NCBI RefSeq assembly: GCF_000150275.1
Contig: NW_002060946.1
Location: forward strand, 2,809,454 to 2,873,453
Length of the DNA stretch: 64,000 nt
Direction: 5' to 3'
From: Trichoplax adhaerens
Taxonomy: Eukaryota; Animalia; Placozoa
Position numbers and translations under genes: made by a program. The notes beneath the pieces are model-generated. The model worked only from the letters and a program-made list of their open reading frames with translations. It ran no database searches and was not told the origin of the DNA. The first letter of the stretch is position 1, and every line of letters begins with the position of its first letter. Below, in pieces: positions 28,001-40,847 of the stretch.

Positions 28001-31000
28001 AAATTTGTTATTAATCAAAGGGGACTGATTATAATGTAGGTAAGCGTACCTAACGCTCATACCACGTATTGGTGTGTAGGATTAAGGATGCCTGAACTAA
28101 CGGAAAAAAATCATATCATTAGGGTAGGAGCCGTTCATATATTATAGTGAACTCTTTGACATGGCTTTTTTCATTCATTGAAGATAGCTCAAAAAATAGA
28201 ATAATTTAAGACAGTGTAAGACCTCGCTTAAATCACTTCACTCCAATTTGATCAATTTGCTAGAATTAGCAAACACAATCTTATCTCACAATTATTAATA
28301 ACTAGAGTATTACTTAACTAGTTAATACTGAAGGAATCTTAAAATTTATGCGACACTACAGACCATTAAAATGGGATAGAATAAATTCATAATTATAATT
28401 ATCTAATCATCAAATTTCTAGATTGATCCCATCATAACTAAAGGCAATGAAGGTGTAGTCCATCATATGACACTTTATGAGTGTGAATCCGATCCTAAAT
28501 GGCATGGTTATAGTTCAGACTGTTCGAGTAGAAATATGCCCCTCCACTTAACTAGATGTCGTGGAGGTGCTGTTGTAGCAGGCTGGGCTGTTGGTGGCGA
28601 GGTTAATTTATAATTTTATCACTTTATCAAAGAAGAAATCAGTCAAAGTGGGATTTTATTCGGTCTAATTGATCTTGACTTCTCTCAATGCTTTTTTGTA
28701 CTGTGCATAGTCAAGTGTTTTCCCCGCTCATACAGGATTAGCTATTGGCCAGAAAACCGATCCCAAATTTACAGTTATTGAGATGCACTATGATAATCCC
28801 GAAGGTAGATCAGGTGAGCAATCAGTTGCCATGATTCATATGTTTTATTTAATTGTAGAGAGTAAAAGCGATCTAGAAGAATATTAGCAACGCTTCTAAT
28901 ACTTTAATCTTTCATATTTTGTCAGATTTTGTCGATACCTCCGGTTTTAAAATATTTTATACACGACAATTACGCCAATACGATGTTGGAACCTTAACTA
29001 TGGGTCATGCGGTTACACCAACCATGATGATCCCAGAAAAACAAGACGAATGGAATATCACCGGTTACTGCCCTCAAATGTGCACTGAACGGGTGAAAGC
29101 TCTGATTACTTACTTTTATAAACTCATTATATTAATGCAATGATATAGACTTTATTGCGCGCTATATTTGGACTCTACAGTAATTATACAGTATCTCAGT
29201 AAGGACATATATTTCCTATTAGGCTATACCTATGGCAGGTATCAACATCTTTGGAGTATTCTTTCATACTCATTTAGCAGGTAGCTGAATAGTGCTGTAC
29301 CAGTAAGGAGATTTGCCATATTTGATTATACAGATGCACCTGATCTGGCCTATTTTAAATTATGATTAGAAATCTTGTTCCTTTTTCCTATATTTGACGT
29401 TTGAAATGTTTTGCTGTGCAGGTGTAGCATTATATGCAAGACACTTCAGAAAGGGCAAAGAATTGCCATTACTCGCTCAAAATAAGCATTATGATTTCAA
29501 CTATCAGGTAAATTAATACATTCCAGTTGGCATGGTATTTTTTATTCTGTTGCTGTTGATGATATATTCTGTTTGAAGATAATGTGAAAGAAAGCTTTAT
29601 GAATTCTTTTATTAATTGAAATATTGTCGTCTATTCCTTTTGTAGGAAGTTTTATATTTGAGGAATGAAATTAAAATGTTGCCGGTAGAATGCATTATGT
29701 AGTGCAATGCTATAATGTTACGACCTTTATTAAAATTAACCCCATCTGACTTACATAGGGAGATTCTTTGGCTATTACTTGCAGCTATAAGACCGCTAAT
29801 CGTAATACTAGCACTGTGGTAAATGCTATGAATTTATAAAGTATCTAAATTTCAGGATAAATTTAATTTATTAGTACTTAACCCCTAATTCTATGTATAA
29901 TCACAATATATGATTTAGGGAGGTGAAGCAACTAAGGATGAAATGTGTCTTAATTACGTATTTTACTACCCTAAATTGCCGTTTTCAGTATGCGTTACAT
30001 ATGCATCATATACTGACCTTGTACCTTATTTCACCAAATTAATCATGTAAGTATATCTGCAAGTATTTATCTAAATACGTAGATTTCTGAATCTATGATA
30101 AGTGCCAATTAATTAATTGATTTATGGATCTGCTTTTGAAAATATCCATTTAAATTTCTCTGATGACATGGTGTTGGGGATGGAAATAAAATATAGTGAT
30201 CATTTTATTCACAAAATTAGTTCCATACAGCATCAAGTTTTTTTGTATAAGTAGCAGCAGAATTCATTTTTGTGTGATTTTAGTTTTCAATCTTTCGCTA
30301 AACAAATATACTTCGTGAAATATAAGTCACATTTTCTCTAGATTATTATGTAAGTTTAAATTAATTGTATACCATAGCTAGAAACTATCTTTGTACATTA
30401 TGTGTGGTATAAATCACCGGCAATAAACTGACTGTTTAATGGGTAACAAGTAAATTATAGTGCATTAATAGAAGAAGGCATAACTTCATATACCTTGATT
30501 AATATTAAAGTGAATCTGTTGATAATTATAGCTTTAAGAAAAATTTCCCGTATAGTAATATTTTCATCTAAAAGAAACACTGTAAATGTACTAATATGTG
30601 TAGAATAAATTGAAAAAGCCAGTATAGACTGGCATATTTATAAATTAATATCGTTGCACAAGTTAATCAATCACATCTATCTGATTAAAGATGAAATTAC
30701 GTAAGCTGTTGATAATTTATAGTCTGGTAAGAGAAATTTTCATCATCATGTCGATGAGAATTAGAAATTTCTATTAAATGCTTTTTTAATGAAATTTTTT
30801 ATGAAATCATAATAGTTTATTACCATTTTAAGAAAACGCTTTGTTAATGAGTATTACTCCTCCATGAAGTAAATTCTTTAATAATTAGTAACACTAAATT
30901 TATTTATTAGAAGGTGTGTTGTTAAATGTTAGAATTAGTACCGTTCCCGCTACTAATATAAAATATAGTTTTACCAATATCGTTCTAATATAGACTAGTT

Positions 31001-32540
31001 TTCAATTTAATTTAATAAGATAGGGCTCTTCCTCATTACTTTGTCACTAAATTTTTTTAGACAAGGCAGAATGCCTAATCCAACTCCGAATAGCACAACC
31101 AGTCTTGCGGAGTCAGTTAGAAAAACCGTTATAGGGGATAGCGCATTGATTAAAGAGCTGCATGACTTAGAAACTTATCGTGCTCCTGACATGTATTGCT
31201 CCTATCAAAATCACTCGATCATCATGGATGTGAGTAATATCGTACGTTATATAATTATGCGATCTCATTGTAGCATTGCAATTTATTTCATAACTAAGGA
31301 TTATCAATGTTATAGCTGAAGGCGTAATTTTTATAGCCTTTAAGGATAATAACAATCTACTTTCTCATGGGTGTTAAGTATGCGTTTACTCAATTTTTCT
31401 TATCAATTTCCATTTAATTTCTTCCTTTATGATTAACAACGGAAATCAAACAGAGCTATGGCCAAAAAATTCCTAATTTTATATCAGCGGCAAATTATAC
31501 AGCCCCAATTACAAGTGCTGCTGTTTCGGCGACTTCAGTTTATCTGTTTTCTTTCATAATTTATGTCGTTTTAGCAACAGCATTGGTATTATAGAAAGCT
31601 TGTCTACGCGTGAATATGATGCTCAGAATAATTATTTCTTAACATGCTCATATAATTAGCTTTTTTATCTTACAGTTGTTAACCACTAGTAAAGTGCTTT
31701 ATGTAACTCCTATTTTCATGTTTGTCATATAGAGGTGATGATTCCTAATTAGTAGCTATACGTAGCTGGCATAAATTTAGCATGGTTGATCACTCATAAA
31801 ATTAGCCTTCCGAATAAGTATTGGCTGTGTAAATGTAGGATTTAAGGCTATCCAAACAAGCAATTCCAAAGTATAAGATTGTCGAAAACATGCCGTATGT
31901 CTATTGTAATCCTTAACTATCGTTTTCATACCAGTAAATGGATGGATTGAATAAATTGAATTCATAGGTATTAAATCACTAAAGAGTGATATACCAGTAG
32001 GCCTTAAGAATCATCCTGCTAGCCTACGATTTATATTTCCTCCAATAAGTGCTGTACTAATGGCAGATCTACTCGAAAGCATCCTAGGCAGGGCGTTTTA
32101 CTACTATAATAAGTTATGCTATTTCCGCTTGCTTTATATTATCTATGGTAGAGGTAATACTATACTACTGTACTTTTTGCAGCTAGAAGTTTGCATAAGA
32201 TGCCAGTAATTTCAATGTATTACGTTTATAGATAGCCAAAATTAGCCTGTAAAAGTGATATAAAACTCAAGAGTACGCTATCGTATGTATGTACACTTTA
32301 TAGAATATCTGTAACAAATACTTTAATTCGATAGCTATGACTTAGTTATAACTAGTCGAAAGTGATGCAATTAATATATTTTGGGTTGGCAGTATATTTT
32401 ATTTAACACAGGTGAACGTGATTTGTATGCACAAGTACGTCGAAATTAAACTTATTTAGTTCATCTAGCTTCGTTGATTACGACAGCAGATGTAGTAATA
32501 TAGGCCTAATCTAGCAATAACGGCTAAGTATTTTCACTTT
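25010..32540 (+). repeat. Segmental tandem duplication, copy B (MOX4 plus flanks)
   Basis: Collinear with 13700-21930 at an offset of ~11.3 kb at the 5' end and ~10.6 kb at the 3' end. Boundaries approximate. Confidence 0.8.
26578..31594 (+). CDS. MOXD1-like: MOX4: DBH-like monooxygenase, ~608 aa, 14 coding exons, predicted GPI anchor
   Basis: Exons 26578-26865, 27002-27148, 27225-27401, 28040-28123, 28422-28601, 28711-28813, 28926-29092, 29223-29280, 29422-29507, 29646-29684, 29759-29818, 29919-30046, 31061-31229, 31454-31594. Open 1827-nt frame with VHHM, EMHYDNP, FHTHLAG, DEMC. Closest paralogue of MOX3. Confidence 0.93.
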
Positions 32541-32900
32541 CTGAGGGCAGATAATTGTCGAAAGGATCATTTCAAATTCATGTCTAAAAATTGTAATCAA
32601 CCAATCAAGATCTATTTTTTTAGTTAATCTAATTCAAGTGTCGAAGTTAAAATCATTATTCTAACAGTATAGGCCACATTCTCTGGCCATTTTTGCGTTT
32701 GATCTTTACAAATGTGATAAAATTGATGAAACCAGACATTTTACAGCAATATTATCTTTATTGATGTGCGACACAGCATCCACCAATATGATTAAAATAA
32801 CATCGAATTAAGGTTAATCTAGTCGTACGTTAAAGCAGATTACATAATACTGATAATATATTACTATTACCTCGCAGTTTAGAGAGCCATAGTAAATCAA

Positions 32901-35900
32901 TTACATAGTCTCCATATGCTCTGTATTAGCCTGACAAAACTGCTTAATTTGCATTGCATGTTTTTGTAACCACATAATGTTGGTATGGATGCTATTTAAT
33001 ACAGAAGATTTATAACCGCTAAGCTCTGGATGTCTCTCAAAGAACATTTCCACCTAGAAATGAGGGAATGAAAATATCAATTTCTAGTTCTACATCTATG
33101 TCTAAATTATGCCAAGTGTATGTATAAATTATTTGATAATAAAGGATCGTATCTTAAATTCATGTTTCTGAAGTCTAACCTCCATATACTTTGGCATGGT
33201 ATCGAATCTCTGGACAGAGCTTACGAACATTCTTCCAAATGTATTCAATTGAGAATTGTTTTTAGCCCTGTTTGGTGTTAATAGAAAAGCACGGAAGCAA
33301 ATTCGTTAATCCGTGATGAGCACAAAAATCTAGACTTGATGTATTTTTTATAATTAAAATCTGTTGCTTCTGCGATATATTTTTATCTTGCACTTATGGT
33401 ACTATATGCACATTATATGGGGTTTATCTATAATGATGTCGATTTTTTACTGTAGCTATCATGTAAGGTTATTATTATAGCAGTAATAGTATAAATAGAG
33501 TCCTTCTGCTATATTTAATCAGTATATTATACTTGGAATAGCACTATACTAGAAACTAATACCTATACAGAGACTAATCAACGAGGAATTATTAAATGAA
33601 TGCCCGACTGAGTTTGCTTATTGAAATTATTAGTTACTGCTGGCATTATACTTACTGTCCATACATCATGTTGAAGTTAGTTTTGATATATTCCCACGGT
33701 ACATGTCGACCAACAGGATTCGCGGCTACGAAATTAAAGACGTTAGCTTTTTCGCCTTGGCTAAGATTATTTGAATGGAGTGCCATATGTATGTAGCTAT
33801 AGAATGAAATTATAATGAATATTTGTTTATTTAACAACATTAAATTGATATAGTCAAGACATCATTTATAAATAAAAAATCTTGTTAGATAAAGAATTCA
33901 AACAGTTTAAATTTATTTGAAAGAATTTGTAAGAGTTTTTACTCACGCCTTAAGCAACCAAGGTTCTTTAGATCTAGCTAAAGCCCTTAACATATCTGGT
34001 CTAATGGTAGTCTTATACGTGGTATTAAGTTTATTCCATATCCTGGTGAAGGCCCTAGAATCTCCATTAGCAACAGCTGCCGATAAGACTATTCTCCTCA
34101 AAGATGGTGGTATCCTATAATTCAGATAATGAAAGATTAAAATAAGCGATTAAGAGAATAAAGAAGTCGCCGGCTGGTGTGTGTCAACGACTGTAAGATT
34201 ATTTAAAATATGAAATATTGAGTACGGTACAGTGGTATGTGATCATCGCAGAACAGATTAAACCACTTGATCTTATCAAAGAATTATGGCTTATTTGTCT
34301 ACTGAGATACTATCATTCCTCAATTTTATTAGTAACTACTCAAAATCCTTGTAATTTTAATTTTTAATTGTCTTTAGCAAAAGTTTGGTATATGCGTAAG
34401 TAAACATTACAATACAGCTTAATTTTTGTCACAAGTTGCCTGTACATGTTAGAGTCATTCATAGCGTTATCCCAGAACATCTTGCTGGCATCCTTATTGC
34501 ATTCATACTCGTTAAGACGGCATGCAACTCCCATAGCTGCTACTCTTAGTAATCTGTAATTCAAAATTAAAATATGAGTTAGGATAAGCGAATATTGCCT
34601 ATTGCGACATTATTATTATAAGTTGTAGCAACAACACGCAAAAATAACTCTTATTATATATGTGATGGTCTAAATAGAAATACTAATATCAATTCTAATA
34701 TGAATTTCACAATTTAAATGTTAGGCGGCGCTATATATTGAACTTCGAATGGGAATGAATGAATACTCAAGTATTACAGTTTATCATAAACGTTTTGTAA
34801 GGAAGAACGTTAATTACCATAGTAAATATGGTGTTGGATACCGTACGTGAAAATTTATAAAGTACTATTGACTGATTCAGTTACTTTTTACATTAGTGAG
34901 GTTAATGATGGACTTCTTATCACCTTTCCAAGTGGTCACCAGTATTTTCGAATTTTAAGATCTTAAGCAATGGCTTCAATTGTTGTAAGTAATAATTCTA
35001 AAAATTTTAAATACGATAGTTAGCCGAGATATTTACGCCTTACATAAAAATTTATTATGTTAATTGCAAATTTCTTTCACCTTCAGATCTAATATCACGC
35101 TTATTAGCCTCAAGACCTTTATAAAAGGCCTTTGCAATAATTATATGAAGTTATGGCGGAAATTAGATACTTACGGCAAAATATCCAAAATTTCCGGTAT
35201 TTTCTAGGCGATCAACTATATGTTCCAACCTGCCAATAGCTGTGAACCAAGGCAGGTAATGAGTTTCCTTAATCAAGTATTTGGTAAATTCAAGAGCGGT
35301 ACTATACTTTATCATTTCAGCCCTACGAAAAATAATTGATATATTGCTTTAGCCACCTCGCATCGAAATTAGCAGGCATTCAGATTTAAGAATTTATTGA
35401 TTATGTTTATGACATATTCAATCTGCTATACAATACATAATTTGTTTCATTTTTTATATTACAGAACTAATTTTATTTTATATTACTCAGCAAAAGTCAT
35501 AGAATCATCAATGAGATTGGAAATATCACGGGTATCTAATGCCTATGATACATAATAACATAATTTAAAAAAGAATTAGAAATGCTGAATAAGCTGGCTC
35601 CAATTTATACATATACGCTATTATAAATTTCGTAATCTTATGTAGAAAAAGGTTGTGTAACATTTCCTACTTACCATCAGATTTTTTTGTAACCCGTTAG
35701 CTAAAGCAAGCCAGTTTTCTTCCGGGTAATTAACTCTAAAGAATCCAAACTGGTGAGTATTTGCCTTGATCCATTGACCCGCAGGCCAGTCAAATGATGT
35801 TTGTACTATAGGGTACAGTAAAGAACAGTTGTCATATAATTCGTTGCTAATGATATAATTCATGCCAAGACCTTGGAACTCGTATGGGTCATCGATTTTT

Positions 35901-38900
35901 AAAATGTACGAATAAATATTTTCATTTATAGTCAAAACTGTGAATAGTTTATAGATATCTATTACAGTCACTGTTGACAAGATAGTACTTTACAATAATT
36001 ACTAACCGTCCTTCATGTTGATAACCTGAAAGTAATTAGCTGATTTATTGCTACCAAAGAACCAGTTGATGGGAATGTTCCATTTATATCTATTGTTTAG
36101 GCACGATTATTATTTTAAAAATAATGACAGTATTAATTATGGTCCAAGTTTGCCTTAAAATCACGTTTAAAGAACTTATAGCAGTTACCCGTATGGAGAT
36201 TTATGCGGTGATGCTGGGTGCTCTGAGTTAGGATCCAAGGTATTGTTGGATAGGTAGCGTTGCTGAGTAAAGATGCCTTTATTTGGATTACTAGGATCGC
36301 GTGCAACGGTTATAATTGGATGGCCCATTTGTCTAATCCAAGTACTACCGATAGCTGTGATATTATAGCTGCTCTTTGTTGACTAAATGCAATAATAATC
36401 GGATTTAGATGAGAATTTTTACGCATTAAAGTAATTCATGATTTGATAGTCTAGTTGTATCGTAGGAAATAAATATTTTCTCCTGAATTCACTATTTACC
36501 TCCTGTAAAGCAGACCATAGCGAGTGTGGATAAGCTTCCTTCCATTTATTTTGTTGCACGTATAGCTATATCCGCATATTAAAAATTAACGAAAAGCATA
36601 TGAAAAGATTACATGGAACTGGAGAATTTATTTTAAAAATTATAATACCGAACAATAGCGCTTGTAAAATATGCAACAAGCATTTGTTCGATATGGGCTA
36701 CTGCTAGAGTGATCCTTACCCTGATTGCAGCATCGAACTTGTCATTTCCTAACATGTTCCTCAACATGCGTAGTACACTACCTCCCTAGGTAATCATATA
36801 ATATTTGATAAAATTATCGATATTGTCATTTTAGTATAATAAATTTAGAACTTTTACTCGTCAATTCTTTCAAAATGAAATCTCATTAGAGGTTATAGAG
36901 TATAAAAAATGATGTCTATCTTAAAGTAAGATACAACTACTGTTAGTAATAAATAAACGCCGCGGTAGAGACAATTGAAATAAAGTTCTGTTTAAAATTT
37001 ATTAGGTGATAATATTTATCTTTTAACCATGTAAATTTTGTGTAGTAATTTACTTTGTTATAAGCAACGGCTGAAAAATAATCCAAAATCATGTTATTGC
37101 TTGGGAAATGGTGGACTTCCATAGGGTGTGACAATTTAGACGCATCACTTCGTAATCCTGGTTGTACCTCTCGTACCAAGAACACATTCATCTATTCAAT
37201 GAAAGTATAAAACGAGTCAAATTTTTTCATTTTCATTCGTACAGGTAATGAAATAAATATTTACATAGAAATTACGACCCCGATATAACATTATAATGAG
37301 TTAGTATTGCTATTATGTGTATTGATATTATGCTTAAATAACTGTTGGTTTTGTTAATGTCAATAAATTAAATTCAAATTAATGGCATAAAAAAATTAAG
37401 AGCTATATAAGTAAATACTAACATATTTCGTGCAAACTTAATATAAGTAAAAGAACTTGTATAAATTTTTAACGTGTTAGAAAAATGATGATTAATGGAA
37501 TAATCATCTTCAATTTTATTATACAGAATAATGATTAGTCAATAATTCTTACCATCTCCCATGTTGGCATAAAAGCTGCTGTTCCGAAGTATTCATAAAA
37601 GGTGGCAAATCCTTCGTTAATCCAGACGTTATTCCACCAATGGAAAGTTACTAGATTGCCAAACCACTAAGGTCGAAACAGCAATTTAAATTTGTGATTT
37701 ACAAGAGATGATGTAGCAGTTCAACATGTGCTCAATATTGTAAAATACATAACCTAGCCTTTGGGTCATGTTTCTACAGACAACATATCATGCGTGTCTG
37801 TGTATTTACATGATGTCTTTATTAATTTAATTTACGAAAGTAGAGTATACAGTAAAATCATCATACCATATGAGCGAGTTCATGGCAGACGATTCTGGCG
37901 ATGATCTCCTTAAACCCATCGGTGTCCTCGTTTTCATTAAATAAGAGAGCTCTTTCGACGTATATGATCAAGCCCCAATTTTCCATTGCACCGAAGTTGA
38001 AGTCGGAAATTGATACCATGTCTGTAAGCAATTAAATTCGTTACTAGGTTAACATCCACTTTATCTCGGTACGTAACTCAAATATGCTACTGAATTTGGC
38101 AATTGTTAATTATTTAAATAAATTTTATGATATAAAAAGATATAAATTAACAACTTTTGTCATCCATGCTTTAATAAGAAAGAAATGTATGAAATTGATG
38201 CGAGATTAACTGATACAAGAATATCCTAATCATAGTACTTTAACTGAGATGCGAATACTATAAAATTGATCTACTTATATAATTAACTAGTACCTTGCTT
38301 GGATAACGGATATGTTTGGTTGAAAAGGCATTCAAAATATTCAGTCATCATGATACCAGCTCGTAAGGCCCAAGCACCGTAATGGACACGATCTTTAGGT
38401 GCCCATATACGCATCTATTGGAAATTACATCGTGATAAAACGGTACATGTAAGTTTTATTGGGTAGTTGGTAGACTAAGCTATGCATATAAGAATATTTT
38501 TCTAACAAATGTTCAAGCGAGATAATTTTTAGATTTTACCGTTGTTCCGCGATTAGTTTTTTCTTCAATAGCAGCATATTCACTAATAACAAATGCCAAG
38601 AGGTATGTGCTCATTTTGACGCTTTCTGCGATAAAAATTCCGATAGTAAATTGTAAATAGTTATTCATCCATTACAACAGGCCTTTGTAAGTGTGATTTT
38701 TTCATTATTTAAGCTAAATTTATTCAAAAGTTACTTTCGTATTTGAAATTGATTTTTCCGTTGGGTAAAGTGGTGTTGCCTGTGCTCGGCATATTCCATA
38801 AAGCGAGATATCGACTGTCAACAGTAATACTTGCGTCAAAGGTAGCCTTCAATGTTGGCTCATCAAACAAAGGCATAATACGACGAGCTTCGGCTGGTTC

Positions 38901-40711
38901 ACATTGACTTCCTACCATCCATCTATTTTATAATGATAAATTCATTACGTGGTTAGTCAGTTATGTTTTGACTAGACTTTATAAATAATAATATGCAGCA
39001 ATAATGTTAGTTTTTTCGTTCAGGCAGAACACTAGATCGATAAATCTACTAGTAGTTTTGATGTAATGCTGATATGTACTGCGCAGTGCAATATCAATCT
39101 TGCTTAATTAGTTGTTCGCGGTAACAAACAATATTAGAAATACTGTAGTTGCCATTGCTTGACCTTTTTATATTAATATTATGAAATGACCTATCTGTAC
39201 ATTAAACTTAATAATAAAACTGTTTTGATTATGTAAATTAATTGCAATAGCTTTATCCAATAATATATGGAATATTAGTGTAATGTAATGATAACAATAA
39301 TGGAAGCTATAGATTAATTAAGTAGAAATAGGGTAAATGAAGTACGGTGTACACTTATACTCGTATAGTACAATAATTTTGAGGTTAAATGTGCGTATTT
39401 TTAAGTGTGCATCGCCGTTAGCAATCTAGTAAAGACAATATGCTCGTATTTATGCTAGTTAATAAAATTAAGTATCATACTGTAATGCGTTGCCTTTATA
39501 AAATGATTGCATGTATTCTAATGTTAAATACAGTGACATCAAGGTGGCCTGCAATAAACCAATTTCTGTATTAAAAAAATAGATGTTTTCCAACACACTC
39601 TACACCTTCAGATTGTATATCTGAAATATGTGGGTGCGTTGCTAACACTAAGGTAATATATGTAGCTAATACCTATAAAGAGAAACAGGTTTTAACACTA
39701 ATGAATGATTTGTTTATAGTGTGTCAAGAACACAACGTGCCGCCATATACCGTATGAGATTGGGATAGGAACATGTGACCATATGACAAAAACAACAAAA
39801 TAATAGTAATTTATTGGTTAATGAGCTAAAAAATTTTACTAGGAAATCATTGGATATTTCATTAACAAGGCTCTCTATCAATATTGCATTGCTATACAAT
39901 ATAATAAGCATTAGTATCAGTAATCAACATGTAAAAGGTGCAACAGATGCTATCGTTGTTTAAACTAAATAGCATGCTAATTTACAAGAATTGTGACTTA
40001 CACTTCTTTGCCATCGTATTGTCTATACTGGCTTAGGTAGATTCCAAAAAGACTTTCTGTCAAATCAGCTTTAAATTCCAGCTTCAAGTAGTAAGTACCA
40101 AGTGCTAAAGGAGTATCTACCATCATATATTGATATTCATACTTGGAGTAATATCCAACTTCCTTTAAAGTAATTAATTTATCGGCAGCAAATGATTCAT
40201 CAGTAGACAAGAGGGGCTCCTTGGTTAATTCCATCATTTTCCTGTGAATCAAGATGATATCGGTCGATTTCACCAATTTAAATTCGGCAACATTAGTACC
40301 GTTGAATTTTTTGCCCAACACATCGATATCAAGACTGAATTCATAGTGTACTGGTTCAACATTGCCTGGTAATCGAATGTTATTCATTACTGCTTTGCTA
40401 CCAGTAAATGGTGTTGGTGCAGGAGCTGTAGGCATAGGTTTCTTCTGTTGTTGGTTCAGTTGTGGTCTACCAGTTGTTGGTCTACCAACAGTTGGACCCA
40501 TCGTGGGTTCTTCAGTCATTTTATCTGTAGGTTTTTCAGTACTTTGGGTCTCCCCGTGTGATGCTAATGCTCTTCCAGTCAACCCTGCACTTACTCCAAC
40601 TATTATAATGACAACTACTACAACAATAGCGGCAATGATCAATTTGCGTTTAGTAAAGTAGTAGCCATCTTTGGCTTTTCTAGATGTTTCATCTTCAATT
40701 TCCATCTGCAT
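32901..40711 (-). CDS. ANPEP-like: APN1: type II membrane M1-family zinc aminopeptidase (aminopeptidase N/A-like), ~995 aa, 20 exons
   Basis: Exons (minus strand) 40711-40002, 38922-38735, 38625-38540, 38414-38294, 38021-37867, 37666-37553, 37191-37054, 36785-36720, 36565-36500, 36382-36189, 36089-36007, 35805-35675, 35542-35487, 35322-35175, 34997-34924, 34553-34446, 34114-33947, 33796-33656, 33267-33180, 33053-32901. Open 2988-nt frame. N-terminal TM helix ([17 protein letters not shown]), Pro/Thr stalk, [26 protein letters not shown] (GAMEN at 37978-37992), HELAH-x18-E (HELAH at 37870-37884, then NEG), catalytic Tyr in AYNKGG, GFFRVNY. Symbol is family-level only. Confidence 0.94.
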
Positions 40712-40841
40712 CTTCTGACTATCCTCAATCAGCTAGTTGATTATTCAAGAAAAAGTTAAGTCTCAACAAAGCTCCAACCTACTCCTCAGTGGGATGAAAA
40801 GAAGGATTGAAGAATGACCTCAGCTATAGCTAAGGGATAAA

Positions 40842-40847
40842 TTTATA
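40842..40847 (-). promoter_or_regulatory. Candidate TATA box of APN1
   Basis: cTATAAAt on the minus strand ~130 nt upstream of the ATG at 40711. The AT-rich background limits confidence. Confidence 0.35.

Noticed and set aside
33596-34120. Plus-strand ORFs 33596..33796 and 33917..34120
   Set aside because: Antisense to APN1 exons 17-18.
40362-40661. 99-aa plus-strand ORF, hydrophobic
   Set aside because: Antisense shadow of the APN1 TM and Pro/Thr stalk.
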